Shown: positions 48,633 through 63,400, counted from the first letter of the stretch. The stretch: DNA of 64,000 nt from Dictyostelium discoideum (GCA_000004695.1 CM000154.2:1952001-2016000); one strand, 5' to 3'. Made by a program: numbers and translations. Notes: generated by a model from the sequence alone, not told the origin.

Positions 48633-51459
48633 GAAAAAAAAAATATCATAAAAAAAAAGAATTTACAATAAAAGAAATAATAAAAAAATTCTAATCAAGT
48701 AAATAAAAAATAAATAAATAAAAAATAAATAAATTAAGAATAAAAATAAAAAATAAAAAAATAAAATAAAAAATAAAATAATAAAAAAAATAAAATAATA
48801 AAAAAAATAAATAATAAAAAAATAAAATAAAAAAAAAGAAATAATAAGAAGGAGAATAATTATTAAAAATCAAAAATTTTTTATTTAATTTAGAAAACAA
48901 CAATGAAAACTCATCAAAAGAAAATGAAAATAGTAATGAAAATAGTAATAATATGAATAATAAAGGGAAAGAAAAAGAAGCATTAAAACCAATTATAGAA
49001 GTTCCAGAGGAAGAAATGATTCAAAATAGTAGTAATAATAAAAACAAAAATACCGAAAATACCGAAAATACTGAAGATACAAATAAAAATAAAAATGAGA
49101 ATAAAAATTATTTCAACTATAAAGGTAGAAATAATCTTTCTGAAGAGGATGATTTAGTGGCAACAAATAGATTAGTTGAAGAATATATGTTAAAAACACC
49201 ACCACTCACCAAACAACTATTTCAAATGGATAAAAATCAAATAGAAACCTTTAGAATAGAATCAATGAATAAATATTTAGAAAATTATAAAGCTTCTAAA
49301 TATAGTAATATTACTAGTAATAAAAATAATAATGTAAATAATATAAATAATAATAGCCAACAACAAAACAATAATACAATGGTAATACCAATAACTACAA
49401 CTACAACATCAACGACAGCATCAATAAAATCAGCACCAACCTCACCAACGGCAACAGCAACGACAACTACTACAAATTCAATTAGTACTAGAAGGATGAC
49501 GGCAACAGCATCATCAACATCATCACCAACATCACCACCACCATCATCACCACCAAATTTATCAGTTCAACAACAACAGCAGCAACAGCAACAACAACAA
49601 TTAAGACAACAACAACAACAACTTCAACAACAAATTGAACAAATGCAACAGTTAATGAATGAAGAGGAAGCTCAACAAAAGGATGATAGTTTAGGAGAGA
49701 AAGGATCAGTATCTATGGAGAATTTAGCATATTTAGATCAACCGATTTATATTAGTAATGATGCACCAACTGAACCATTTATAGTTTGTCAAATTTGGGG
49801 TTGTGGTCAATTATTCACAGCTAGGGAATACAGAAATCATTTGGAGAATGAACATGATTCTTTGAATTGTAATGCAAATGGTAATCAAAATTACTTTAGT
49901 GGATATAACCATAATAACAATGGAGTCGATGTAATTAGCTATTCACAATTAACCGATAGAAATTCAATGGATAGATATTCAAAGGGTAGTTTACCTGTGT
50001 TAATCAATGGTTTACCAAAGAATTGGAATATTTCAAACTATAATCTACAATATCTCTTTCAAAAGTTACCCTTTAACAATGCAATGTGGTCAAGATTAAA
50101 CTTTAATACCGCTACAACTCAATGGGTTGGTAATGTTAATAAATTTCAAAAAACTGTAAATTCACCAAATAGATCATTCCATAAAAACTTTTGTTTAAAA
50201 GTTTCTTTTGATATACCTGTTTCTTGGGAACCGTTACCATACTTTAATTTAAATTATTTTAATGTTGTACAACAAACAACATCCAGTTGTAGTGGAAGTG
50301 GTAATGGTAGTAGTAATGGAATTGGTAATGGAATTGTTAATGATAATAATAATAGTAATAGTTTAAAAGGTGGTGCAGGACAAGGATTTTTAAAGAGTTT
50401 TTTATTTATTGGTAATCAAGGTTCAATAGTATCATTACATAGAAATTTTAGTGATGTTTCAATTTCAATGTTTAAAGGATCACAACGAGTTATCCTATTC
50501 CCACCAAATAAAATCTTAGAAATGGCTGCATACAATCGTTATCTCTTAAATCATCACAAAGATAGAACAAAATATATCTATTTCGATTATTATCTTTCTC
50601 CAGAAGATTTAGAATTAATTCAAAGATTCGGTGGTAAATCTGTTATCTTAAATAAAGAAGATACTTTATATATACCAGCTGGTTGGTATTATCAAATTAA
50701 TATTTTAGAAGAAGGTAAATAATATAATAATAATAATAATATAATATAATTTAACTTTTTTTTTTTTTTTTACTAATTATTATTTTATTTTATTTTCATT
50801 TAAATTTTTTTTTAGAAACAATTTCATTAAATTATTTTAATTTAACAACTTATAATTTAGAATTTTATATTCAAAATTTTAAACAATCAAATGATATAAT
50901 TTTAGCAGATTTATTTAAAGCTATTTTATTGGATTATTTTAGTCGTTGTAATTATTGGATTAATAATCAAAATCAATATATTTTAAAAGAGAATCAATCA
51001 ATATTATTCGTTGCAGATAAGGAACAAAAGTATTGGAATAGTTATGGTGTTGAATTAAAGAATCAATCAGTTTATCAACAAATTCTAATGGCATTACAAG
51101 AGGGTTTCATTCTATCCTCTTCAACATTATTGGTTAATAATTCAATCATTAGTAAAAGACAATTCCAAGAACAATTAAAACAACAACAAAGAAATTCAAA
51201 ACCAATCATTACAATTAATCATCCTCATCAAAATTTTTATCATCCTTATTTATCTCAAAGATTTTTATTATCTTCTTCAACTCCAAATACTACCACTACT
51301 TCCGCTACTACTTCAACATCATCATTATTATCTTCTTCCTCTAAAAATCTATTAAATATAATCGATCAAATTAATGTAATAGATAGTAATTTTTGTGATA
51401 ATTTAAAGAAAATCACTCATGATTTAAATTTTATTTTGATTTCAATTGCAACAAGATAA
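48009..51459 (+). CDS. JmjC/cupin-like domain protein with a C2H2 zinc finger and an N/Q/T-rich N-terminus, 957 aa. Exons: join(48009..48417, 48894..50714, 50816..51459).
   Basis: C2H2 finger: CQIWGCGQLFTAREYRNHLENEH. JmjC-like: GSIVSLHRNFSDVSISMFKGSQRVILFPP...LYIPAGWYYQINILEEG|ETISLNYF. Both introns are phase 1 (GTATGT 476 nt, GTAAAT 101 nt). Total 2874 nt is 958 codons. The track ORF at 50929 starts with TTG and is really the continuation of exon 3. Confidence 0.65.
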
Positions 51460-51647
51460 AAATAAAAAAAAAAAATAAAAAAATAAACAAAAATAAAATA
51501 TTTTAATGAAAATTAAGAATAAAAAAATAAATAAAAAAAAAAAGGATTTGCTTTTTAAATTTATAAATAGATTTTTTAAAGTTTTAAATAGTTTTTTTTT
51601 ACAATCCTTTTATTTGTTTTTTTTTTTTTTTTTTTTTCCAGATTTGT

Positions 51648-52189
51648 TTAAGGTAATTCCCAAAATGTTTCATTAGTTTCTGTATTTAAATAATATTTTT
51701 CATTACTATCAGTATAGAGTACTTGATAAGGATATGGTGTGGGTGGTGGTCTTGATGAACTAAAACCACCATAGCTACTAGTGCTACCATTATATGAAGA
51801 GGATAAAGATGGTGATGAAACTGATTGGAAACTAGTTGAATAAGAAGATAAGGGTGAAGAAGATGGTGGTGAATGAGATTGTGTCATTTTTGGTCTTGAT
51901 GAAGTTGGTACCTTTGGTGGAATATTAATAGATTGTGTTTGATTTTGTTGTTTTAATAAAGATATTGATGGTGAACCTCTAGTTGGAATTGGTGGACCAC
52001 CACCGCCACCACTAGATGATGATGATGGAGATGAGAATGAAGGTGATGATGGTGTTGATCCAAATTTTTTGGGTAATGTTGCATTCCTATTAAAATTATT
52101 ACTAGTGCTTGTGGTTGTTGTTGTTGTTGGTGGTAAAATAGGTCTAGTTGTAGTTTTTGGTATAAATGATGATTTTGGTTTATTATCAT

Positions 52190-52245
<56 letters not shown>

Positions 52246-52638
52246 TATGATGATGTACTATTATTAGTTTTATCTGGTGATGGTGATGGTGATGGTGATG
52301 GTGATGGTATAATATCTTTAACATTAATTTCATTAATTTCCATACAAATCATTTTATCTAATTGAACTTGTGAATTGATTTCATTTTCTTCACCATCCAA
52401 TTGAAATGAAAGTGAAAATTTATCAGAGATTGTAATTTCAAATTTTAATTCAATCTTTTGTATAAAGGTTGATAAATTACATGGTACTGGAATTTGAATT
52501 AAACGTCTATCTTTATAAAATACTTTTAATGTAATTTTAACATCTTGAATCACACAACTAATTGGTCTTGATGGTAATTTCTTTGATGGAAGTGGTGGTG
52601 GTTTCGGTGGTAATGTTTTATTTGTCAATGGAGATATC

Positions 52639-52673
<35 letters not shown>

Positions 52674-53462
52674 CGATGACGATGATGGTGGTGGTGATGA
52701 TCCAAATGATGGTTTGGGTGTTGGTGGTAATTTTGGTGAAGAAGAGGATGACAGTGATGGTGAAGATGATGATGGTGAAGATGATGATGGTGGCGATGAT
52801 GGTCCTTTTAAAATATATGATGGTGGTGATGATGACATTGGTGTGGAAGGAGATGAAGATTGAATTGAAGAAGTTGTTGCAGAACGTTGTTTTTGTGGGG
52901 CATCTGAAACTTTTGGTGGTTTAAATAATAATGATAATGGAATTGGTCTAGTTGAAAAATTTAATTGTGAACCATCTTGAATTTTTTTACATTGATTCTT
53001 AAATTCTTGTGAATCAGATGGTTGTGAAAAACATTGAGTGGCTTGTAATGCAACTGACGAACCGGCTCTACCCAATGCTAATGCTTTATTGAAAAGTACT
53101 TCAGCTAATAATAATTTATGATCTAATCCCAATTGTTTGTAGTCAATGTATTCATGACCTCTGAGTTTTGATATGGTCTCATCGTAGTCCACAATTGCAT
53201 GATTTAACTCTCCATTCATATGATGAGCGATAGCTCTCATATAATAGGATGATGCTAAATATTTATCTTGTTCAACTGATCGATTGAAATATTCAATTGC
53301 ATTTCTAAAATTATTACTCTTTATATACATAACACCAATATTATAATTTATCTTTGATGTACTTTGTTCAATTGATGTTAAAATAGTTAATGCTTCTCCA
53401 ACATTACCGCTCTCATATCGTTCAATTGATTGATTCCATTTTTTAATAGTTTGTTTTAACAT
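51648..53462 (-). CDS. p67phox (NCF2)-like protein: N-terminal TPR repeats, central PB1 domain and an S/P-rich linker, 604 aa.
   Basis: TPR-like helices: NYNIGVMYIKSNNFRNAIEYFNRSVEQDKYLASSYYMRAIAHHMNGELNHAIVDYDE. PB1-like β-grasp: ITLKVFYKDRRLIQIPVPCNLSTFIQKIELKFE...SFQLDGEE. poly-S and poly-P tracts. The architecture matches the NADPH-oxidase activator of the Dictyostelium Nox system, possibly ncfA, which I cannot verify. Confidence 0.6.
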
Positions 53463-53538
53463 TTTATTTTTTGTTTTGGAAAATTATTTTTTTTTTTGGA
53501 AATTTTTTTTTTTAAAAAAAATGTTTAGGAAAAATTGA

Positions 53539-53539
53539 A

Positions 53540-53611
<72 letters not shown>

Positions 53612-53690
53612 AAATAAATTAAATAATCAAATAAATAAAAAAATAAATAAATAAATAAAATAAAATAAATAAATAAATAAATAAATATAA
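53539..53690. repeat. (AAAT)n microsatellite, ~35 units with minor interruptions.
   Basis: aaataaataaat... run 5' of the p67phox-like gene. Confidence 0.9.
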
Positions 53691-54805
53691 ATTTCGAATA
53701 AATAATATTAAAATAGTTATTATAATTAAATTTTAACTATTATTAAATTTTTTTTTTTTTTTTTTTTTTTTTGTTTTTTTTTGTTGTTTTATTCTTATTA
53801 TTTTAATATATGGGTGATTGCATCCATGTGATATAGAGATTTGTGTGTGTTGTGTGATTGTATATTTGTGAAAATAATATGTGTTTTTGTTTTGATTTTT
53901 TTTGTTTTTTGTTTTTTTTTTTTTTTTTGATTTTTAAATTGTCATGAGATTATTTTTTATTTTATTTTTTCTAATTATTTTGTGTGTAATTGCTTTTAAG
54001 AAAAAAAGACGGAAAAAATCAAAAAGAAAAAAAAAAACAGTCACTTTTTTTTATAACCATAACCTATTTTTAGGGAAAAATGTATTTATTTTTTATTTTT
54101 TATTTTTTTATTTATTTTTTTTTTTATTTTTTTTTTTATTTTTTTATTTTTTTTTTAATTTTTTTTTCTGGAGGTTCTTTGTGGCAAAATCCACTTTTTT
54201 TTTTTTTTTAAAAAATGTCAATAAACCCAATGGTTTTTCATTAAAAACAGATTTTTTTGATTTTTTATCCACCTTTTTCAAATAATTATCTTGAAGAATA
54301 ATCTATATTATAATCTCATCGTCGTTTAGAATAGAAAAAAAAAAAAAAAAAAAAAAAATAAAAATAATATTAATAAAAACAATTTTTTTTTTTTTACTAT
54401 TTGAGTGAGTATAATATAATTTGATCTTTTATCTACTATAGGTAAAATATTATATTGGTTGCATCAAAATAAAAATAAATAGAAAATAAAAAAAATTAAC
54501 CTTTATAGAAATTATTAATAATTAACCCAAGAAAAAAAAAATAAAAATAAAAAATAAAAATAAAAAAATAAAAATAAAAATAAAAAAATAAAAATAAAAA
54601 AAAAAATTTTTACAATCATTTTTTTTTTAATTAATTTTTTTTTTTTTTTTTAATTTATTTTTGTTTTTTTTTTTTTTAATTTGACCTTCCTATTCAATTT
54701 GGGTCACAATAAAAAAAAAAAAAAAAAAAACAAAAAAAAAAAAGAAAAAAAAAACAAAAAAAAAAAAAAAGATTTTTCCTATATTCTCAATAAACAAATA
54801 AATAA

Positions 54806-55411
54806 ATGAACACAAATGTAAGTTTTTTCTTTCTTTTTTTCTTTTTTTTTTTTTTTTTACTCACCTAAATTATATGTTGGTTTTAAAATGAAATTGAAAA
54901 AATAGAGAGTATTATTCTCAAAAGAGAATGTATTCGTTTACCCACCAGAGATTGAAAAGGGTATAAAAGGTACAATTTCATTATGTAGTTTAGATAAAGG
55001 ATCAATATTTTTATGTTGGATACCAGATATTGAAGAGAAAGAAGATGATCATTCATCATCATCATCATCATCGTCGTCAAATTTACAATCACCCAATGGT
55101 AAGAATCCATTAGCAGCATCGACAATCATTGAAATTGATGATCAAAATTCATGGGTAGTTAGAGTACATGTCAAAGAATTGAAATCAATTAAAAAGTATA
55201 CACCAAATATTGGTACTCCTTACATTATTATAACAAGTAAAAAAGGTACTGCTTTCTTTCCTTTCTTTTTTGAACATGGTGGCGTTAGAGAATTTTTAAA
55301 ATCATTATCTTCAATTATACATTTAAAAAAGTAAGTTATAACTATATATATATATATATAAATATATAAAATATATAAAAAATATATATATGGTATATAT
55401 ATATTAAAAAT

Positions 55412-55456
<45 letters not shown>

Positions 55457-56313
55457 AAAAGATCAAATTTAGATTCAAACTTTTTTACAGTTGTTGATTT
55501 TTCAGATCCAGTACAAAGAAGTTTATCAAGTATGAATTTATCAGATCATTTTTATAATAGTAATAATAAAGATGACTTATATAGTAGTAGTAGTAATAGT
55601 AGTAGTAATAGTGGTAATAGTAATAGTAGAAAACAAAAAGATCCTGTTATACCAGATTTTAATGATGATTTAACATTTGGTCATGATATGGATTTACATA
55701 ATCAAGATCAAGAAAAAGAAGATAGATATTCATTATTATCATCAACTAATCAATTAAAAAAAGCACAAGAAATTTCTGTATTATCATCACCACCCTCTTC
55801 TTCACATACAACTTCAATAAGTCCAACTTCAAATAAATCATCATCTTTTATTAATATTGGAAGTAATAATAATAATAACAACAACAACAATAATAATAAT
55901 AGTAGTGTATCATCATCACTTAGTAAATCAACAAATGGATTATCATTTTCATCAATATTATCAAGATCAACATCACCATCAGCTTCAACATCACCAATTC
56001 CAATTGAAAAATCAGGTAATAATAATGGTAGTAATAATAATAATAGTAGTAATATAACATCACCAATACCATCACCATCTTCTAAATTCTTATCAGCTAG
56101 TGGTGGTAGTGATAATGAAAATAATAGTAATAATACAAATAGTAATAACAATTCAAATAACAATGCAAACACTGGATCATTATCAACATCACCAACAAAT
56201 AAAAGAGCATTAAAACGTGAAATTTCATCAAGTATTTTTGATAATTTTGCAAAAGTAACACAATTAGCAAAATCTGCTCAAAAAAGTAAGTGTTTAATAA
56301 TAATTTATTTTTG

Positions 56314-56351
<38 letters not shown>

Positions 56352-57608
56352 AATATATTAAATATTTATTTAATTATAGATATTTTTGAAGAACCAGCAA
56401 AAAGAATTGATAATCATTTTAGAAATTTAATTGGATCAAAATCATCAATTGGTTCAAATTTATCACCACAAAATGCAAATAATCAATATTTTGATATATT
56501 GAATGAGAGTGGATCGTCATTGAATGCATCAAGTGATTATTTTACACCATTCAATATATCATCATTAAATTTCTCCATAGAGTTGGGAGCCAATAGAAGA
56601 GAGTGTAATCCAATGTCACCAAGTGAATGGTATTCCTATTTCGATGATGAAGGTAGAATTTGTTTAGCGAATCAACAGATTCTATTGAAAAAGATATTCT
56701 ATGGTGGTATTGAAGAATCAATTCGTCAAGAGGTTTGGCCATTCCTATTGGGAGTTTATTCATTCGATTCGACTTATTCCTCAAGAGAGGTTGTAAAATA
56801 TGAAAAAACTCAACAATATCAAACCGTTAAAAGACAATGGGAATCGATATCTTGTGAACAAGAGAGTAGATTCTCAAAGTATCAATCTAGAAAATTGTTA
56901 ATTCAAAAGGATGTTATTAGAACCGATCGTTTGCATCCAATGTTTATTCAGGGTGAGGATGATATCGATAGCAATGAGAATCTACGTCTAATGAGGGATG
57001 TCCTCTTGACTTATTCTTTCTTTAATTTCGATATTGGTTATGTTCAAGGTATGAGTGATTTACTCTCACCAATCATCTCGGTTATGGGTGGTGTCTCAAA
57101 AGAGGTGGAATGTTTTTGGTGTTTCAAAGGTTTAATGGATAGATTGGAGAGTAATTTTCATAAGGATCAAAATGGTATGCATCATCAATTATCTACACTT
57201 TCAAAGTTATTGAAATTCATCGATTTGGAACTTTACACTCATTTAGAGGCAAATAATGGTGGTAATATGTACTTTTTCTTTCAATCGGTTTTAATTTGTT
57301 TCAAGAGGGAATTCCCATTTCATGATGTACTCACACTTTGGGAAATACTTTGGAGTAATTATATGACAAAGAATTTACCAATCTTTATGTGTCTATCAAT
57401 TTTAATCAAAGAAAGAAATCAAATTTTAGATGAAAATATGGCTTTTGATCAAATCTTGAAATTAATCAATGAAAAAGCAAATAGAATGGATTTGGAAGAC
57501 ATTCTAGTCGATGCTGAGTCTATGGTTAGATATTTCATAATTAAACAAATGTCAATTGATACCGATAAAAGTTTAATTAAATTAAAAGAATCAATTTCAA
57601 TTTATTAA
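54806..57608 (+). CDS. TBC-domain Rab GTPase-activating protein (TBC1D15/Gyp7-like) with an N-terminal RabGAP-TBC PH-like domain, 829 aa. Exons: join(54806..54817, 54906..55330, 55462..56285, 56380..57608).
   Basis: 12-nt first exon: ATGAACACAAAT|GTAAGT. N-terminal domain: RVLFSKENVFVYP. TBC motifs: IQKDVIRTDR (IxxDxxR arginine finger) and FDIGYVQGMSDLLSPI (YxQ glutamine finger). Three GTAAGT introns of 88, 131 and 94 nt keep frame. Total 2490 nt is 830 codons. The track ORF 56499 start is TTG, an internal Leu. Confidence 0.8.
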
Positions 57609-57835
57609 AACAACTTATATAAATATAATAAATTTTTTTTTTTTTAATCATTTTATTACTTTTTTATTTTATTATTTTTTTATTTGTTTTTTTTAAAATT
57701 CTTTTAAGTAGAAATTTTTAAAATAGAAAAAAAAAAAAAAAAAAAATTTAAATATGGAAACTATTTTATTAAAACTAAAATTTCTATTTAAAGGATTAGA
57801 AATTTTTAAAATAGAATAATTTATTTAAAAATTGA

Positions 57836-57875
57836 CCCCCTCACATTCATAGTAAAATATTAAAATAAAATTAAT

Positions 57876-57934
<59 letters not shown>

Positions 57935-58429
57935 AAAATAAGGTTGTTTTAAAATAATTTAAAATAGTTTTAAAGAGAAAATATCTTTTTTTTTGTAAAA
58001 TAAAATTTAAAATTTATCATTGCTTTTATTAAAATTTTATAATATTTTATTTTTAAAATAAAAAAAACCTAAAAATTTAAGTAAATGTATACGTCATCAT
58101 ATTAAATAATTTTTTTTTTTTTTTAATAGTAAAAAGTGACACAATATTTGCAACATTCTTTTTATTTCTTTTCTTCAAAAAAAGTTCAGAGAAGATATTT
58201 TTTTATTGAAAAAAAAAAATGATTAGAATTTTCAAAAAAAAAAAAAATCTTTATATAAAAAATTGTTTTTCTTGATATTTCCCCATTTATGAAAGATCAT
58301 TGTAATATATTTTACAAATTTTGAGAAATTATGGGATGTTAAAAAAAAAAAAAACTCCTTTTTTAATACATTCTAACCCTGAAAAAATATTTAGGATATT
58401 TTTTTAGGAGTTTAACAAAAAATAAGATA

Positions 58430-58460
<31 letters not shown>

Positions 58461-58502
58461 TTAATTGTATAATTTTAATATTTTACTATGAATGTGAGGG
58501 GG
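57836..58502. mobile_element. Candidate non-autonomous DNA transposon (MITE-like): a 667-bp AT-rich segment bounded by perfect 31-bp terminal inverted repeats.
   Basis: Left end CCCCCTCACATTCATAGTAAAATATTAAAAT (57836-57866). Right end ATTTTAATATTTTACTATGAATGTGAGGGGG (58472-58502), its exact reverse complement. The TIR extends to ATTG(A)CCCCC with one indel. TTTAAA-like motifs are in both flanks. No ORF inside. Confidence 0.5.
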
Positions 58503-58766
58503 CAATCTTTAAATAAATTAAATTCACCATCGAATATATTAAAAAAAAAAAAAAAAAAAAATTAATCAAAATTTTATTTAGAATTTTATTCTTTTATTTT
58601 TTTTTATACTTTTTAGATTTTTTTTTTTTCTTAACATAATTTAAATTAAAAAAGTTCAATATAATAATTTAATAATTCGAATAATAATACAAATAATAAT
58701 ACAAATAATAATAATAAAAATAATAAAATAAATTAATTTTAAAAAAAAAAAATTAATTGCAATAAA

Positions 58767-59573
58767 ATGAATAATAATGCTAAATATTCATTTATTATTT
58801 TTTTAATAATTTTAATTTTAAATTTTTGTAATTGCCAAAATTATCAATATTTTGATTTTACAGATCATTCAAAATTAAATACATATGCAATAAATTCACA
58901 AATGGATCAATGTAATGTTAACGTTTTTTTTATGGCCTATACTGAAAATAACCCTAATGGTCCACCAGAAATAATAAATTTTATGTCAAAAGGTCCAAGT
59001 CCTTCAATTTCTCAAAATGTTATCTCAAGAAACCTAACAACTGTTTTTTATTCAGTTTTGTTAACTTTTGAATTTGGTGATTTGGAAGCCACATTTTTTG
59101 TTGACGATTCATATAATAATATAATTTATAATTGTTCTTGTAAAAGTATAGATTTTTATTATTATTATTATTATCTTTCTTTTTTCTTTTTTTTTTTTTT
59201 TTTAATTTATTAATTATTCATTTCCAAAATTTAATTTTTAATTTTTTTTTTTTTTTTTTAAACAAAAAAAGAAATTAATATTACAGATTTATCAATAGAA
59301 TATCAAACACCAGTTTTTTATACAGAATATACTAGTTTTGCTACTGTCTTTAAAGTTAAAGGTCTTCAATATCCATTAATTTTGGTACACGCCTATGGCC
59401 TTTATTCAATAACACCGATGGATAATTATTATTATTTATTAACAATAAATTCAAATTATTTTTTATATGAATCAAATGATTTATTAATTTCAATTTTGTT
59501 CCCAAATGATGAATCACTTGATTTTTCTTTAAATTTTTTTAGTAAGAATTATTAATAACTGACATTAGTTTAT

Positions 59574-59614
<41 letters not shown>

Positions 59615-60387
59615 TAACTGATTTTTTTTTTTTTTTATTTTTTTAAAAATTATAGTATCTACATCAACATTATATAGTGACATAATTAGTGACTTTAAAT
59701 TATACCCAGAAACTAAAAATTATACTGAAATTGCATTTAAACACGATCCATTGGTTACTTTTAGATCAGTTTTTTCAAAACCAATTCCACAAGTGTTTTT
59801 ACTATCTCAATCATCTTTTTTATTCTTAGCCAAACCAATTTATGGAACACCAGGAAACTTGACATATATTGCTTCAACAGTACAGACAACTGTTCCTCAA
59901 AACATCTCTTTGTTTTATCAAATTCCAGACAACACTTTTAAAAATATTTTTATCACTGAATTAATAACAAATAGTAAGTTATCTTTTATTTTTATTTTAT
60001 TTTATTTTATTTTTTTTCTTTATTTAAAATAAAAAGGTATTAATAAGTAATTACTTATAGTTGACACAGGGTCCAACATAAACAACAGTTTTCAAAAGAC
60101 TTTTATTTATAATAATCAAATATTCACATTTGAGTTATCAGATTTATTCAATTATGATTCAAAATGTTACTTTTTTTCTGGTAATTATTTAGGAACGGAT
60201 AATTCATATACCATAGTCAATGGTTTAACATTTCCATTTGGATTTGTAAATGGAAATAATAATGTATACAAAATGAATTTTACTACATTATTACCATTTG
60301 GTTTTGGTAGTGGATTTATTCTATCAATACATGAACCAGTTTCGGGAACCTCGGTTTCTTATCAAAAAATTCCATCTCTAAATAGTA

Positions 60388-60483
<96 letters not shown>

Positions 60484-63400
60484 TAAATTATTATAGATAA
60501 ACTAACCAAAAATTTTTATTTTATAAAAAAGTTGTAAATAATTCATTAACTTGTGAAATAATTTCTTTTGAATCAATTTATTTAAATGAATTTAAATTTT
60601 TATTAAGATTTCATGTTGTTTCATATTATGGTATTTCTTTGATATCAATTCCAACATTTAGACCAACATTTATTGGCAATGAAAATTTAGTATCAGGTAC
60701 AATTTATAATGGAGTTTGGGAATATATATATTTTGGTGAAGAAATAACTTTGGATAGAATTAAAATCATTTCACAATCTGGTCAAATTAAAGAAATTAAT
60801 TGTGGTGAACCTTTTTCAATAATAAATCCAAAACAAATTATAACAATTTCTAAAATTAAATTTAATGGTAATTATTTCATATATATTAATTCTTGTAACT
60901 ATACCACCACCTCCATCGTCATCACCATAACCACACCATCACTACTTTAATATTTATTAATAATGTTTATTATTATTTTTATTTAGGATTTAATTATAGT
61001 AATGATTTAAGTGATATATCATTCTTGTATAATAATGTAAATGTAACTAATCAAATGGTTTCAAATATTATGTATATAAACTTTACAAATATTGAAAAAT
61101 ATAAATATCAAACTATTGGTTTATATTTATTGGATTCAAAATCATTAAGGGATGAAAATTTCGATGGTTCTTTAGTTGGAAATTTTGATAAAAACATTTT
61201 TGGAAGTAAATATTATTTTTCAGATTTTGACCCAATTAATAATAGATTCCAAGTTAAATTTAATATTCCAGCAAATATTTTACCTGGAAAGTTAGATTTC
61301 ATATTAGCATTTTCTCAATCATTACGTATATATAGTCCATCTCTACCTAATAATTTCCAATTAAATATTACTTCATCATGTAAGTTTTTTTTTTTTTTTT
61401 ATTTTTTTTTTTTTATTTTTTTTTTTTTTCAATAATTTATTAATTCAATTTTTATTATTTTATTATTAAAAAGTAATTGATATTCAAGGACCAATTTTCA
61501 CAAATATTATTAAAAATCCAAATGGTAAATTTGGATGGATTGTTACTATTGAAGATTCAATAAATGGTTTAGATTATGGTATCATTTCAATATTTGGTTT
61601 ATTGGATAGTTCAACATACAATTTCACAATAAAACCATCAAATGCAATTAATGGTAATAAATGGAAAGGAGATTATGAAATATTTATTCCATATGATTCA
61701 GTATCAAAATGTATTTCTCAACAATATATGATTAAATTTGTTGAGCTTTTTGATAGTCAAGGTAATAGCGCTACATTTATAAAATATTTAAGAACAAGAG
61801 ATGGTTCAACAATTGTTAAAACATTGACAAATCCATTTATTAATTTTATGAATGATATAAATATTATTAAAATTAATTATACATGTCCAAATGAGGTAAT
61901 TAGTTCAGAATCACCACCTTCATTAATATCATTCACAATATCAAAAAGTTCAATTGATGTAGGTTTGATTAATACCGTTGATTTTAATTTCCAAGTAAAT
62001 GATTTGCTTGGAATTAAAGATTACCAATATCCAATAGTTTATTTAACAACTAGTAAACTTGATATAATTGAATGTGTTTCAAATTTAACTTCAAAATTAA
62101 CAAATCAATTTAAATGTTCAATTGAAATTCCAATTGGATTTGGATATCCAAATGGAATTTTAGTATCTGTTTATGGTTTTATAAATAATGGTGGTTTTTA
62201 TAGTGGCTATTGTTCTCAACAATTACTTGAAATGAATTTTGCAAGTTTCATATCAACTAATCAAACCTATACAATTAATCAACCATATATTAAAAGTTCA
62301 AATAAATTTTCCAATCAAGGTGGTACTTTATGGATTTATGGAAGAGGTTTTGCAATTGATTCAATTGTTGAGATTAAATTTAAAGATAATGGTTTCACTT
62401 CATTTACACAACAACAAACTAATTTAATTTATTCAAGTGCTATTTCAATTGAAAATGTTAGATCAACAAATCAACCATTTGTAGTAATAGTTAAATCATC
62501 TTCAAAAATTTCAAATGAATTTATAATTAATCCAATTCTTTTCAATTTTAATTATACAGATCCATCATCTACATCACCTTTACCTACAAATCCACCAAAG
62601 AAATGTTTGGGTAATCCAGAATGTGGTGGTGTAAATAATGGTTATTGTAATAATGGTATTGGATGCGTATGCTACACTCCATGGGTAGGTGAAGATTGCA
62701 CTTCAAAAGTTATTGTTATTCCTCAGCCATCGATTAATACAACAAACCCTACAACTGATATACCAATTAATGTTACAGATTCAACTCAAAATAATCTATA
62801 TAGATCATTAATTTCATTAGTATCATTAAGAGAATTAGATTTCAATAATAAACAAGTAAAATTATTTAATTTTGAAAAATGGGTATATTCAGAAATTAAT
62901 AATACAACAAACAAATATTTAACTACAATCTCAAATAAAAATAGTGTTGGTGAAATAGTTGAAACGAATATCACAGTAGTATTACAATGGTTTGAAAAGA
63001 ATGATACAGTAATATTTGCAGGTCAAACATTAAGAATGAATCCATCATCAATTAAATATACAGTTAATATTACAAGTTATTCATTCGCTCAAAATCTTAA
63101 CCATCTTCAATTGATTATGTCTGCATCATTACAATCCTCTAAAACTGATGATATATGCTCTTCAAAATTATTTGGTAATACTAGCGATGGCGATAATTCA
63201 AACTTTATGAAACTAAAAGTAAATGATCATTCAGTATATGGTAGATTTATTAAACGTGCAATTGTTGATAATAAAATTATCTCTGTCGATAATAATATAT
63301 TAGATGATTATTCAACGGATACAAATTCAAATTCTCATACATCTGAAACTTTTATTGGTATCTCAATTCCATTTTATAACTATAATGTATTGGTTGATCC

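Noticed and set aside
51953-52924. ORFs 51953..52333, 52069..52365 and 52562..52924 (poly-H, poly-D, poly-M) overlapping the p67phox-like gene.
   Set aside because: They are alternate or antisense frames of the (TCA/TCT)n poly-Ser-encoding region of the reverse-strand gene.
53944-54285. ORF 53944..54285 (113 aa).
   Set aside because: It is T-rich intergenic sequence upstream of the TBC gene. It would give a poly-F/K product and has no start context.
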